NCBI GenBank assembly: GCA_002898395.1
Contig: BEHE01000007.1
Coordinates: 1 to 64,000, forward strand
DNA: 64,000 nucleotides
From: Candidatus Calditenuaceae archaeon HR02
Lineage (GTDB): Archaea > Thermoproteota > Nitrososphaeria_A > Caldarchaeales > Calditenuaceae
Direction of reading: 5' to 3'
Shown here: piece by piece, positions 38,872-47,428 of the stretch
Layout: each line of letters opens with the position of its first letter
Numbering within the stretch: the first letter of the stretch is position 1
Program-made: the position numbers and the translations under genes
Notes under the pieces: generated by a model
Seen by the model: only the letters and a program-made list of their open reading frames with translations
Told to the model about the DNA's origin: nothing
Database searches by the model: none

Positions 38872-39303
38872 TTGGAAGGCGAGAAAGTAGAGAAGAGGCT
38901 CTGTAAATCGTCTCGGCACAGGATAGTCGCAGGCGTTCTGGGGGGGATAGCAGAGTATTTGGGAGTAGACCCAAACATAATCAGGCTAATCTTCGTGGTC
39001 GTCCTTTTCTTGAACTTCTATGCGGCATTGGCGCTCTACGTCGCCGCTGCTATTCTACTCCCCTCCGAAAGCGAGAAGGGTGCTGCAAGAATGCCTGTAG
39101 AGAAGGCAATACTGGCTGTGGCGGCTACGATAATGGTCTTCGTCGGTCTAAGCTTTGTATCAAGCCTAACAGAGGTTCAGAAAATCATAGCTATGCTGGG
39201 GTTTTTCACACCGATAGTGGGGCTTGTGCTACTTATCGCCGGCGTCGCCCTCCTGTTCATGGTGCTACGGGAGCAGAGTAGACCTCGCGGCTCTGCCTCT
39301 TGA
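38872..39303 (+). CDS. PspC-domain membrane protein
   Basis: KRLCKS...IVAGVLGGIAEYLGVDP. Confidence 0.88.
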   Translation: MEGEKVEKRLCKSSRHRIVAGVLGGIAEYLGVDPNIIRLIFVVVLFLNFYAALALYVAAAILLPSESEKGAARMPVEKAILAVAATIMVFVGLSFVSSLTEVQKIIAMLGFFTPIVGLVLLIAGVALLFMVLREQSRPRGSAS

Positions 39304-40498
39304 GCGAGACTCCCGTCAGGGCTACAGGTATCAGGGAGAAGAGTGCTGAGTATTGGAACATGGATGCATAGGAGGTTGCTTCTGCTATGCTCCCCCAGAG
39401 GTAACCGCCGATCACGCCACCCGCGTTGAACGTTGCCCCATATAGCCCCATATACGCTCCGCGCATGCGTTCTGGGACGAGCTCAGAGGCATAGGCTATC
39501 GAGACGACATATAGGCCGCCGAAGGTGAAGCTGTTGAGAGCCTGTGCCAGTATAACAATGTATTTATCAGGTGATAGTCCTGAGATGGCCAGACGCACCG
39601 GGAAAGCCACTAGGCAGAGTAGAAGCACAGGCCTTCTACCAACTCTGTCAGATATCTTACCAAGATACACCATGGCCGGTATCTCCGTCAACCCCATCAA
39701 GGCGAAGGCTGTAGAGACCTCCAGTGGTGAGGCGCCCAGAGTATTGATCATATGGAGTGAGAGGAAGCTTAGAATGGACGAGTTGGCCACGAAGGCTAGG
39801 GTCATTGTAAGAAGTAGCACGCCTGGTGCGCCCCGCAGGAGGCTAAGAGATGTCGCATTACCACTATCCCGCCTTCTAAACCTTCCATCTTCCCCAAGAC
39901 CCCGCATAGTTAAAACCGATAGGCCGATTACGAGTGGGGCGAAGAGAAATATGCTCCTCAAACCGAACAGGCTTACCAGGGCCCCGCCGAGGAAGGTCCC
40001 CGGTATCCAGCCGATACTCCCACCAATGCGTATAGAACCGAAGCCGCTTCCACGCGAGATTCCAGCCCGCTCCAACGCATCTATTGAATAGGCCGTAACT
40101 ACTGTGTTGGAAGAGCCCATCCCCACCATGAGTAGTGTAAATATAGCCACTGTGACATACGGGTTAGATATCAGCGCCAGCAGCAGATACATTATGGCTG
40201 TGAGAACCGTCGAAGATAGTAGTATTTTGAGCCTGCCAACCCTATCTGATAGCCTCCCAATATAGTATGAGGAGAGGCCTGCTGCAATATTGCTTATCGT
40301 GAAGGTCAGACCTATCTGACTAGGCGTCAACCCCCTTACCTCCAGAACAACTGGAAAATAGGGCGCGGCAACACCCATGGCGAAATAAAACATCAGATTC
40401 CACAACCTCATGGCAGAGATGGGGGAAATACTCAAGTCTCCAACAGAAGTGAAACACCTAGTTTTTATATCTTGGGAGCCTCTAAAAGGGTCTGTCAA
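39257..40498 (-). CDS. MFS transporter
   Basis: GRLSDRVGR and GKISDRVGRR motifs; true start probably 20-30 codons downstream. Confidence 0.88.
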   Translation of the reverse strand: MTDPFRGSQDIKTRCFTSVGDLSISPISAMRLWNLMFYFAMGVAAPYFPVVLEVRGLTPSQIGLTFTISNIAAGLSSYYIGRLSDRVGRLKILLSSTVLTAIMYLLLALISNPYVTVAIFTLLMVGMGSSNTVVTAYSIDALERAGISRGSGFGSIRIGGSIGWIPGTFLGGALVSLFGLRSIFLFAPLVIGLSVLTMRGLGEDGRFRRRDSGNATSLSLLRGAPGVLLLTMTLAFVANSSILSFLSLHMINTLGASPLEVSTAFALMGLTEIPAMVYLGKISDRVGRRPVLLLCLVAFPVRLAISGLSPDKYIVILAQALNSFTFGGLYVVSIAYASELVPERMRGAYMGLYGATFNAGGVIGGYLWGSIAEATSYASMFQYSALFSLIPVALTGVSLKRQSREVYSAPVAP

Positions 40499-41059
40499 AA
40501 ATTAAAATATGTCTTGAGAAAGGTAGGGTTAAGTTTGCGACCCTCTACCTTCCTACTCATCATCTTTCTAGTTATTGCATCGTCTTCTACGGTCATATGG
40601 CTCTATCTGGGTCTCACGGCATCGGCCACCCCCGCGGCCGCCCCCTCATTTAGGGCTGAGGCTCAGGGTGAGGGTCTAGCCTTCAGGACGGAGAAGGTTA
40701 TCACTTGGTTATCTGTTTCCTCCTGGCTGGGAGTTGCGGCGACTCTCGCATACAAGGGGCTGGTGAGGCATATGTGGTCTAGGAGCATGTTTGACTATTC
40801 TGTTTTCAGGCTTATGGTGAAGATGAGGGGTGCGACGACGCGTGTCAAGATGTTGAAGAGCTTGGAGGTCCCGATGAACAGGTATCAGCTCTCCAAGGCC
40901 CTCGATATAGACTGGAAGACCATTGACAGGAATGTTGAGCTCTTGAAGGCCTACGGCCTAGTCCACGAACAGCCAGGAGAGGGTGGCGAGAAGCTATACG
41001 TCTTGAGCCCACAGGGGAAGCAGCTGCTGGAGCTTTTAGAAAAGCTCTTAGAACCTTAA
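40472..41059 (+). CDS. Membrane-anchored winged-helix (ArsR-like) transcription regulator
   Basis: Two TM helices, then RGATTRVKML...NRYQLSKALDIDWKTIDRNVELL...Y; start uncertain. Confidence 0.75.
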   Translation: MGASKRVCQKLKYVLRKVGLSLRPSTFLLIIFLVIASSSTVIWLYLGLTASATPAAAPSFRAEAQGEGLAFRTEKVITWLSVSSWLGVAATLAYKGLVRHMWSRSMFDYSVFRLMVKMRGATTRVKMLKSLEVPMNRYQLSKALDIDWKTIDRNVELLKAYGLVHEQPGEGGEKLYVLSPQGKQLLELLEKLLEP

Positions 41060-41218
41060 AGCCTTATTTCCTCGCCATGTGGTGGTCTCTAGGTCGCCGT
41101 GTGTATCGCCAACAACAGTAGCACTTCTAGCCTCAATCCCGAGGACAGCACTCTCGGCCGAGAGGAGCGGAATAGCCTCCTCCACAGCCCTCCGCACATT
41201 CCCTAAGCCAAGCGACAA
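41048..41218 (-). pseudogene. N-terminal fragment of a metallophosphoesterase (PPP-type phosphatase)
   Basis: 56-codon frame LSLGLGNVRRAVEEAIPLLSAESAVLGIEARSATVVGDTHGDLETT, truncated just after the GDxHG motif. Confidence 0.65.
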
Positions 41219-41331
41219 GACCTAAACAACACCCGCATCCCGGTATTTCTAAATAGCCCCACAGAAAATAGACGGCTCAAACACATCCAGTCTGAGAAAG
41301 GTTTAGGCTTGGAAAGATTGGGAGGGGGGTA

Positions 41332-41481
41332 GCCGGCGGACAGCCAGCAACATCTAGGAAACCCAAACGAGACCGGTTGTTTAAACCTTTGACACGACTG
41401 GCGAAAGCGCCAGTCTGTTTATAACCCCGACATACCGGCTTCTGGTTTTATCCCTATTGCTGGGCCTCTATGCCCGCCGGC
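41332..41481 (-). ncRNA. Candidate bridge/seek-type guide RNA of the IS110-like element
   Basis: Nested stems GCCGGCGGGCA/TGTCCGCCGGC, CCAGCAA/TTGCTGG, TAGG/CCTA, AAACC/GGTTT, CCGGT/ACCGG enclose a symmetric loop RTGTC-N9-AACA x2 around the hairpin GACTGGCG/CGCCAGTC. Confidence 0.6.
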
Positions 41482-42296
41482 CTCTGGGTCTCCCCTCGGA
41501 TCGTCAGCCATATTCTCATCAACACATCCTCCTGCTCTCTTGCTCTCGGATTATTTCTAGCGATTATCGACATCGTAAGTCTTTCTAATGCTTTTCGCGC
41601 CTCATGTCCATACCTCATATCATACAACCGTCGCCGATACAGCCTCAAATATCCTTGAACCCTCACGAAGGACTTACTGAAGTCAACATAGGTCAGTAGC
41701 TCGGCTAGAGCCTCCCTAGCCAATACATGATTATCTCCTGTTATTCCGAGTTCTTCAGTGATTTCTTTGAAGATTGGGTATCTCTCCCCGGCCTCGTCTG
41801 AGATCATCTTCGCCAGTATCTCTTTCTCCTCCTCTACCTGTCTTAACAGCCTCCTCAAACCCTCTTGTTCAGTCTGAGAAGCCGCCCTGACCTGTTTTCC
41901 CAACCTCCGATTAATTCTATCCATACATCTAAAGACAGAAACCTTCCTCCTCATTACCAAGAAGTCTTCACTAACTCTTCTGAACCATTTGTCTTCGATA
42001 TGCATCAACACTTTCACGTCACCTCGCCCAGACTTTGGAATACCCAGTCTTCGCCGCATCTCCTCTATCAATGTAGGCCTGCGAAGATAGTAAACCTCGA
42101 CACCCCTCCTAAGAAGCTCAATAAAGCCATCCGTCTGAATTATCGGTATAGTGTCTACGAATAGCTGGTCTCCAGGGCCTACTGGAATCTCCAATGGAGA
42201 ATCAGTGTATCTAAAGTTTTCACCATCCATTGTATAGGTTATCCTGTATCCGCTGTCATCCCTTTTACGGTGAACATCACAGTAGAACCTCATCAA
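41454..42296 (-). CDS. Divergent IS110-family-like transposase/recombinase (280 aa)
   Basis: N-terminal RuvC-like acidic pattern (YCDVH, FVD, KSGRGD), coiled coil, C-terminal DF...GYLRLY...ARKAL resembling the IS110 Tnp/Nop domain. Confidence 0.6.
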   Translation of the reverse strand: MMRFYCDVHRKRDDSGYRITYTMDGENFRYTDSPLEIPVGPGDQLFVDTIPIIQTDGFIELLRRGVEVYYLRRPTLIEEMRRRLGIPKSGRGDVKVLMHIEDKWFRRVSEDFLVMRRKVSVFRCMDRINRRLGKQVRAASQTEQEGLRRLLRQVEEEKEILAKMISDEAGERYPIFKEITEELGITGDNHVLAREALAELLTYVDFSKSFVRVQGYLRLYRRRLYDMRYGHEARKALERLTMSIIARNNPRAREQEDVLMRIWLTIRGETQRPAGIEAQQ

Positions 42297-42437
42297 ACCA
42301 CATCCACCCCCTCGACACTAATATACGGTTTAGGCCCACCTCTCCCTACATTCACGACTAGGCCTAGCCCTCAGCCACACACCACAGTGGAAGGCCGAGG
42401 CACAAGATTAAGACACCAGAGCTGGAGGGAATGATTA

Positions 42438-42790
42438 ATGGGGGGTGGTAGGGCTGTCGTTGAGGCTCCACTCGAGGACGGCCTCTATACTAGGGAGCCT
42501 AGATACGATATTGACTCAGGCAGGCTTAGGGTAAGGATAACTGCCGAAGTCTCTGAGCAATTATTAAACAGGGAAAAGCCGATTAGAGTGAGGATACTCA
42601 AGGACTACTCCACAGACATCCTTAAAGTAAGGCTTGAGAATGTGAATATAAGATACTACCCCGTCGCTAGGAGTGGCGCATACAATAGGGGGTTTAAATA
42701 CTGCTCAAAATGCCAACAATACATACACACACAGAACAGATTAGATGTCCTAGATGCAACACAAAACTAAGAAACAAATCAAGAAGATAA
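42438..42790 (+). pseudogene. Hypothetical protein with a frameshifted C-terminal zinc ribbon
   Basis: KYCSKC in one frame and IRCPRCNTKLR in another frame near 42740. Confidence 0.5.
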
Positions 42791-42809
42791 TATCTCTTCG
42801 CTTCGAGAG

Positions 42810-42954
42810 AAGCGTGTCGAAAAATCATCCGACCGTCGCCAAGATCGTTCTTCTTGTTATATGATGGAGGTGGGCGTGTCACCGCTCCTTACAAACAATT
42901 ATACCTAGCCCAGTATAAAAAGGGTTAATGAATGACGAATTTTTCGACACGCCC
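42810..42954. mobile_element. MITE / internally deleted IS (about 145 bp), IS256-like ends
   Basis: Perfect 14-bp inverted repeats GCGTGTCGAAAAAT (42812-42825) / ATTTTTCGACACGC (42939-42952); 9-bp direct repeat CTTCGAGAG at 42801 and 42955. Confidence 0.85.
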
Positions 42955-43000
42955 CTTCGAGAGATTATTATATAAATCAGCGGCGCCTGAAGGGTGTTAG

Positions 43001-43228
43001 ATGAAAGTTTTAGACAGCAGAAGAGAAGAGCCGGAAGAGTTTAGTCCATTACACGGCAACAAAGTGTATATGATTACTCCCACATCGGCCACGCCCGCAC
43101 ATACGTTGCATACGACGTCATTGCCAGATATCTAAGGTATAAGGGGTACACGGTCTTTTTCCTGATGAATATAACGGATGTCGATGATAAGATAATTGAT
43201 CGGGCGGCGGAGGAGGGTGTAGCTCGTA
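43001..43228 (+). pseudogene. cysS: Cysteinyl-tRNA synthetase N-terminal fragment
   Basis: [29 protein letters not shown]...[13 protein letters not shown]; the CGxT segment is missing and the gene is truncated. Confidence 0.85.
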
Positions 43229-43272
43229 TAAATATAATTTATTTATACGAGCAGATTTATTTATACGAGCAG
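43222..43272. repeat. 13-bp inverted repeat plus an 18-bp tandem duplication
   Basis: GCTCGTATAAATA-taatt-TATTTATACGAGC; ATTTATTTATACGAGCAG twice (43237-43272). Confidence 0.85.
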
Positions 43273-43280
43273 CAACTGAT

Positions 43281-44414
43281 TTGACCCTAGTGACGAGGGC
43301 CGCAGTGGTTGAGAGGCAGGGGCTTCCCAGACCCTATCAATCAACAAAGCCCGTGTCCGTGAAGGATCTAGAGTTGGTCGGGCCTTTAAAAAATGAAGTT
43401 CTTGTGAAGGTGGAGGCAGCTGGGCTCTGCCATTCCGACCTAGCGGTTATTGAGGGTGTTAGGAGACCACCTCTGCCGATCGTGCTCGGGCATGAGTGTG
43501 CGGGCAGGGTGGTGGATGTGGGTGAGGGTGTTTCATCGCCTAGGAGGGGTGACAGAGTTGTCCTATCATTCGCCCAGAGCTGTGGTGAGTGCGTCTATTG
43601 TCTTTCGGGGAGGCCTACGCTCTGCGACGCGGGCAGGGCAGCAAACAATGAGGGTGTGCTTGTTACAGGCGGGACGAGGTTCAGACTGAATGGGAAGGAG
43701 GTCCATCACCACTTGGGAGTGTCGGCCTTCTCCGAATACATCGTCGTCCCATCATCCTCAGCAATTCCAGTACCCCCGGAGCTACCTCCCGAGAGGCTCG
43801 CCCTCTTCGGCTGCGCCATACCCACGGCCTTCGGAGCTGTCATAAATGCGGCGCAGGTAAGGCCTGGCTCAAGCGTCGCCGTCTTCGGATGCGGAGGACT
43901 AGGCCTCAACATAATCCAAGCCCTACGAGTCGCCGGAGCTATGCAGATAATCGCGGTAGACATATTAGCGGAGAAGCTGGAGAGGGCTGCTAGGCTGGGG
44001 GCTACAGACCTTGTCAACGCCTCGAAAGTGGACCCTGTAGCTGAGGTTAGGAGACTGACCGGGGGGCGAGGAGCAGAATACTGTTTCGAGGCCACTGGAA
44101 ACACGCGCGTGATGGCCCAGGCCTTCCTAGCGACGCGGAAAGGTGGTACGACCGTGATCCTAGGAGTCACATCACCCGAGGACAAGGTGGAGCTGCCTAG
44201 CTGGCTGATAATGGGTGAGGAGAGAAGAATAGTTGGGTCATACATGGGCTCCATTGTCCCGCGCCGCGACATCCCCATGCTGGTCAACCTCTTCGCTAGG
44301 GGCGTGATAAGGCTGGATGAAGTTGTGACAGGGTATCTCAAGCTAGACGAGCTCAACGAGGGTCTCGATAGGTTGGCAGAGGGCGCAGCAGTGAGACAGA
44401 TAGTAAAGATGTAA
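43281..44414 (+). CDS. Zn-dependent alcohol dehydrogenase (class III-like MDR)
   Basis: CHSD, GHE, CGECVYC...C, GCGGLG. Confidence 0.93.
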   Translation: MTLVTRAAVVERQGLPRPYQSTKPVSVKDLELVGPLKNEVLVKVEAAGLCHSDLAVIEGVRRPPLPIVLGHECAGRVVDVGEGVSSPRRGDRVVLSFAQSCGECVYCLSGRPTLCDAGRAANNEGVLVTGGTRFRLNGKEVHHHLGVSAFSEYIVVPSSSAIPVPPELPPERLALFGCAIPTAFGAVINAAQVRPGSSVAVFGCGGLGLNIIQALRVAGAMQIIAVDILAEKLERAARLGATDLVNASKVDPVAEVRRLTGGRGAEYCFEATGNTRVMAQAFLATRKGGTTVILGVTSPEDKVELPSWLIMGEERRIVGSYMGSIVPRRDIPMLVNLFARGVIRLDEVVTGYLKLDELNEGLDRLAEGAAVRQIVKM

Positions 44415-44418
44415 ATCC

Positions 44419-45060
44419 CTACTCGAGGGGTAGCCCAGATTTTCTAGGCATCTTATAGCGTTCCATCCTGTCCTCATATGCCCGAATCTTTTCACCATAC
44501 TCCCTTAACGTGACCTCTATCTCGTCCAGCCCCTCTAGCAGCCTCCGCTTCACATTCGGCTCAAGCTTAAAGTTTATAATCCCTCCACCCGGCAACTTAA
44601 TCGTCTCCGCATCGACGTCTATCTCTAGCGTGAGGCCACCCTTAGCCGCCTCGCCTCTAAGCCTTCTGACAATCTCCTCCTCAAGCCTGACGCAGAGAAG
44701 ACCATTCTTGACCGAGTTGCCGTAAAAGATGTCGCCGAAAGATGACGCTATCACGCATCTTATGCCGAAGTCCATTAGGGCCCAGACAGCGTTCTCCCTA
44801 GAAGAGCCTATGCCAAAGTTCCGTCCGGCAACGAGGATTACTGCGTCCCTAAACTCTTTCCTGTCTAGGACGAACCCCTCCCTTGGCCTCCCCTCTTCAT
44901 CGAATCTCCACCTGTAGAAGAGATACTTGCCGAGTCCTTTTCTCGAGAGGACCTTTAGGAATTGGGCTGGGATAATCTGGTCAGTGTCCACGTCGTCCAC
45001 CTCTAGTGGTGCGGCCTTGCCGACTATCCTCCTGACCGGTTCCGGCACTTCCCTACCCAC
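44419..45060 (-). CDS. leuD: 3-isopropylmalate dehydratase small subunit
   Basis: DVDTDQIIP, NFGIGSSRE, SFGDIF. Confidence 0.93.
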   Translation of the reverse strand: MGREVPEPVRRIVGKAAPLEVDDVDTDQIIPAQFLKVLSRKGLGKYLFYRWRFDEEGRPREGFVLDRKEFRDAVILVAGRNFGIGSSRENAVWALMDFGIRCVIASSFGDIFYGNSVKNGLLCVRLEEEIVRRLRGEAAKGGLTLEIDVDAETIKLPGGGIINFKLEPNVKRRLLEGLDEIEVTLREYGEKIRAYEDRMERYKMPRKSGLPLE

Positions 45061-46534
45061 CTCTGAGAGGGTTAAGGACGTTCCTCTCTATCCAAGGCGA
45101 GGCCCATTCAAGCTCTAGCTCATCGACGCTTGCGAGGCTGTATCTTCTCGGGTCAGCTATTTTCCCCTCGAGAGCAGAGGCCGCTGCCGTGAGTGGGCTG
45201 GACAGGTGGACGCGGCTTCCCGGTCCTGCCCTGTTCTCGAAGTTCCTATTACTAGTGAGGACACCCCTCTCGCCTGGCCCGAGCCTATCCTCGTTCATGG
45301 CTATACACATGCTACAGCCGCTATTCCTCCACTCGAACCCAGCCTCGAGGAATATTTTGTGGAGACCCATCCTCTCAGCCCTCCTCTTAACGAGCATTGA
45401 ACCTGGAACGATCATGGCCCTCACCCCTGGAGCAACCTTTCTGCCCTTGACCAGCCTAGCGACCATTACTAGGTCGGAGAGCCTCGCATTGGTGCAAGAG
45501 CCGATGAAGACAGCGTCTATTGGCGTCCCCTCAATTCTCTGGCCTGGCTCCAAGCCCATGTAGTCGAGAGCCCTCTCAACCATCCTTCTCTTCGCCGGGT
45601 CTTCAAACTCCCGCGGCTCAGGAACCGTCTCGCTCACACCTATACACATCGCAGGGTTGGTTCCCCAAGTTATCTGGGGCTCAAGGCCGGAGACGTTTAT
45701 CCTATAGCTCTTATCGAACCTCGCTCCATTATCCGTCTTCAACGTCTCCCAATATCTCTTAGCCTCTTCCCAGTCCTCGCCGGATGGGGCATAAGGCGTG
45801 CCTTCCAAATAGCTGTAGACTTTTCCGTCCGGTTCCACTATAGCTGTCCTCGCTCCTCCCTCAATTGCCATGTTGCAGATCGTCATCCTCTCCTCGACGC
45901 TCATCTTCTTTACGGCCTCTCCTCTAAACTCGGCCACATGCCCGATCATTCCGCCAGTACCCAGTTCCCGAATCACGTAGAGTATGGCATCCTTCGCAGT
46001 CGTATGGTTCTTGAAACTCCCCTCCAGAATAACCTCCATCTGCTTCGGCTTCCTCATCCATATTGTTTGGGTTGCAAAGACGTGCTCGCCCTCGCTTGTC
46101 CCTATACCGAAAGCAAGAGCACCCACGGCGCCATGGGTGCTGGTGTGACTGTCTCCGCAGACGAGCGTTATGCCGGGGACGGTTAAACCAAGCTCGGGAC
46201 CTACAACGTGTACAATACCCTGCCAAGGACTAAAGTAGTCGAAGAGCGTGATAGAGAATTCTCTCGCATTTCTAGCCAAGGCCCTCATCTGCTCGCGGGA
46301 ATACTCGTCCCTGACAGGCAAGGCCCTATCAGCTGTCGGAACATTATGGTCCATTAGTGCGAAGGTCAGGTCCGGCCTCCTAACCCTCCTTCCCGCAGTT
46401 CTAAGACTCTCGAAGGCGATCGGCGAGGTCACCTCATGCGTTAAATGCCTATCAACGTAGAGGAGATACTCGTCCTCTCCACGCACAGCTAGGACGTGGT
46501 CGTCCCAAATCTTCTCCAAAACAGTTTTCGCCAT
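45053..46534 (-). CDS. leuC: 3-isopropylmalate dehydratase large subunit
   Basis: HEVTSP, CGDSHT, GSCTN, GCSMC, SNRNFE. Confidence 0.95.
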   Translation of the reverse strand: MAKTVLEKIWDDHVLAVRGEDEYLLYVDRHLTHEVTSPIAFESLRTAGRRVRRPDLTFALMDHNVPTADRALPVRDEYSREQMRALARNAREFSITLFDYFSPWQGIVHVVGPELGLTVPGITLVCGDSHTSTHGAVGALAFGIGTSEGEHVFATQTIWMRKPKQMEVILEGSFKNHTTAKDAILYVIRELGTGGMIGHVAEFRGEAVKKMSVEERMTICNMAIEGGARTAIVEPDGKVYSYLEGTPYAPSGEDWEEAKRYWETLKTDNGARFDKSYRINVSGLEPQITWGTNPAMCIGVSETVPEPREFEDPAKRRMVERALDYMGLEPGQRIEGTPIDAVFIGSCTNARLSDLVMVARLVKGRKVAPGVRAMIVPGSMLVKRRAERMGLHKIFLEAGFEWRNSGCSMCIAMNEDRLGPGERGVLTSNRNFENRAGPGSRVHLSSPLTAAASALEGKIADPRRYSLASVDELELEWASPWIERNVLNPLRGG

Positions 46535-46618
46535 CTCAACCCAGATTTATCCCAATTCATGACTAATAAACTTCTACTTGGTTGATAGAATTGAGAGAAA
46601 CCGGTTAGGGGTTGTGGC

Positions 46619-47392
46619 CTACAGAATCTTCTTCAGATTCTCTATGCACCGCCTAGCAGACTCGAGGGGAGGGTAGGGGTAAGTCTCCTGCTCAACTATC
46701 AGCCACTCTGTTCCTCCAGCCTCCCTGCAGGCTTCTAGCACCTCCTTGAAAGGCACGTCCCCCTCGCCAAGTATGACGAATCCATGCCTATGTGAGTAGT
46801 CTTTTAGATGGATTGTCTGGGCCCTGTTCGGGTATCTCTTTAAAGTCTCGACTAAAATGGTGTGGGGTATTCCAGCACTGAGGGCGTTTCCCGTATCAAG
46901 CTGCATGAATACTGAGCGGCTCGCGTTGTCAAAGAATATGTACCAGGGATATTCTCCATTGACTGGTATGAACTCTTCGCGATGATTGTGGTATCCGATC
47001 CTGAAGCCTTGGACCGCGGCTTTATCTGCTATCTCGCTTATCAGCCTTGCTGAGTTTATCCAGTCTCGCTTGTCGCTCCTCATCTCGGGTGGGAGCCAGG
47101 GGATGACGATCTTGTTGTTTCCAAGCTCCATGTTATATCTTAATGTTTTCTCGAGCTCGTTCCCGCTCATCTTCTGTATTGACTCGTGGGCTCCGGCAAT
47201 CTCTAGACCCAAGTCTCTAAGCTTGTCCCGAATATCGCCGGCCGATTTTCCATAGTATCCCGCGAACTCGACGCCCTCAAACCCCATCTCAGCCACAGCC
47301 TCAAGGGTCTTGAAGAGATCCTTAGAACACTCATCCCTCACGGAGTATAGCTGTAGGGCGATTCTAAGCTTGCGTGAGGGCATGTGACTCAC
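46619..47392 (-). CDS. Sugar phosphate isomerase/epimerase (AP endonuclease 2 TIM barrel)
   Basis: LQLYSVR, YHNH, QLDTGN, HLKD, IVEQE. Confidence 0.9.
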   Translation of the reverse strand: MSHMPSRKLRIALQLYSVRDECSKDLFKTLEAVAEMGFEGVEFAGYYGKSAGDIRDKLRDLGLEIAGAHESIQKMSGNELEKTLRYNMELGNNKIVIPWLPPEMRSDKRDWINSARLISEIADKAAVQGFRIGYHNHREEFIPVNGEYPWYIFFDNASRSVFMQLDTGNALSAGIPHTILVETLKRYPNRAQTIHLKDYSHRHGFVILGEGDVPFKEVLEACREAGGTEWLIVEQETYPYPPLESARRCIENLKKIL

Positions 47393-47428
47393 ATACCCGG
47401 GGGATTGAGATGTACTTAAACTGTCTTT

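Larger units (their letters stand above)
41304..42332 (-). mobile_element. Compact IS110/IS1111-like insertion element
   Basis: GGTTTAGGC repeated at 41300-41308 and 42327-42335 around a TA core; imperfect subterminal inverted repeats at 41322-41332 and 42304-42313; transposase-like ORF plus a structured 3' non-coding end. Confidence 0.7.

Noticed and set aside
41371-41440. TGTC-N9-AACA repeats considered as a CRISPR or TIGR array
   Set aside because: Only one unit (two half-sites) is present, not an array; reported as a single guide loop instead. No CRISPR array or cas genes were seen in the window.
43706-44356. 216-aa antisense ORF to the ADH, and similar Ser/Thr/Pro-rich antisense ORFs throughout the window
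   Set aside because: Typical antisense shadows of real genes.
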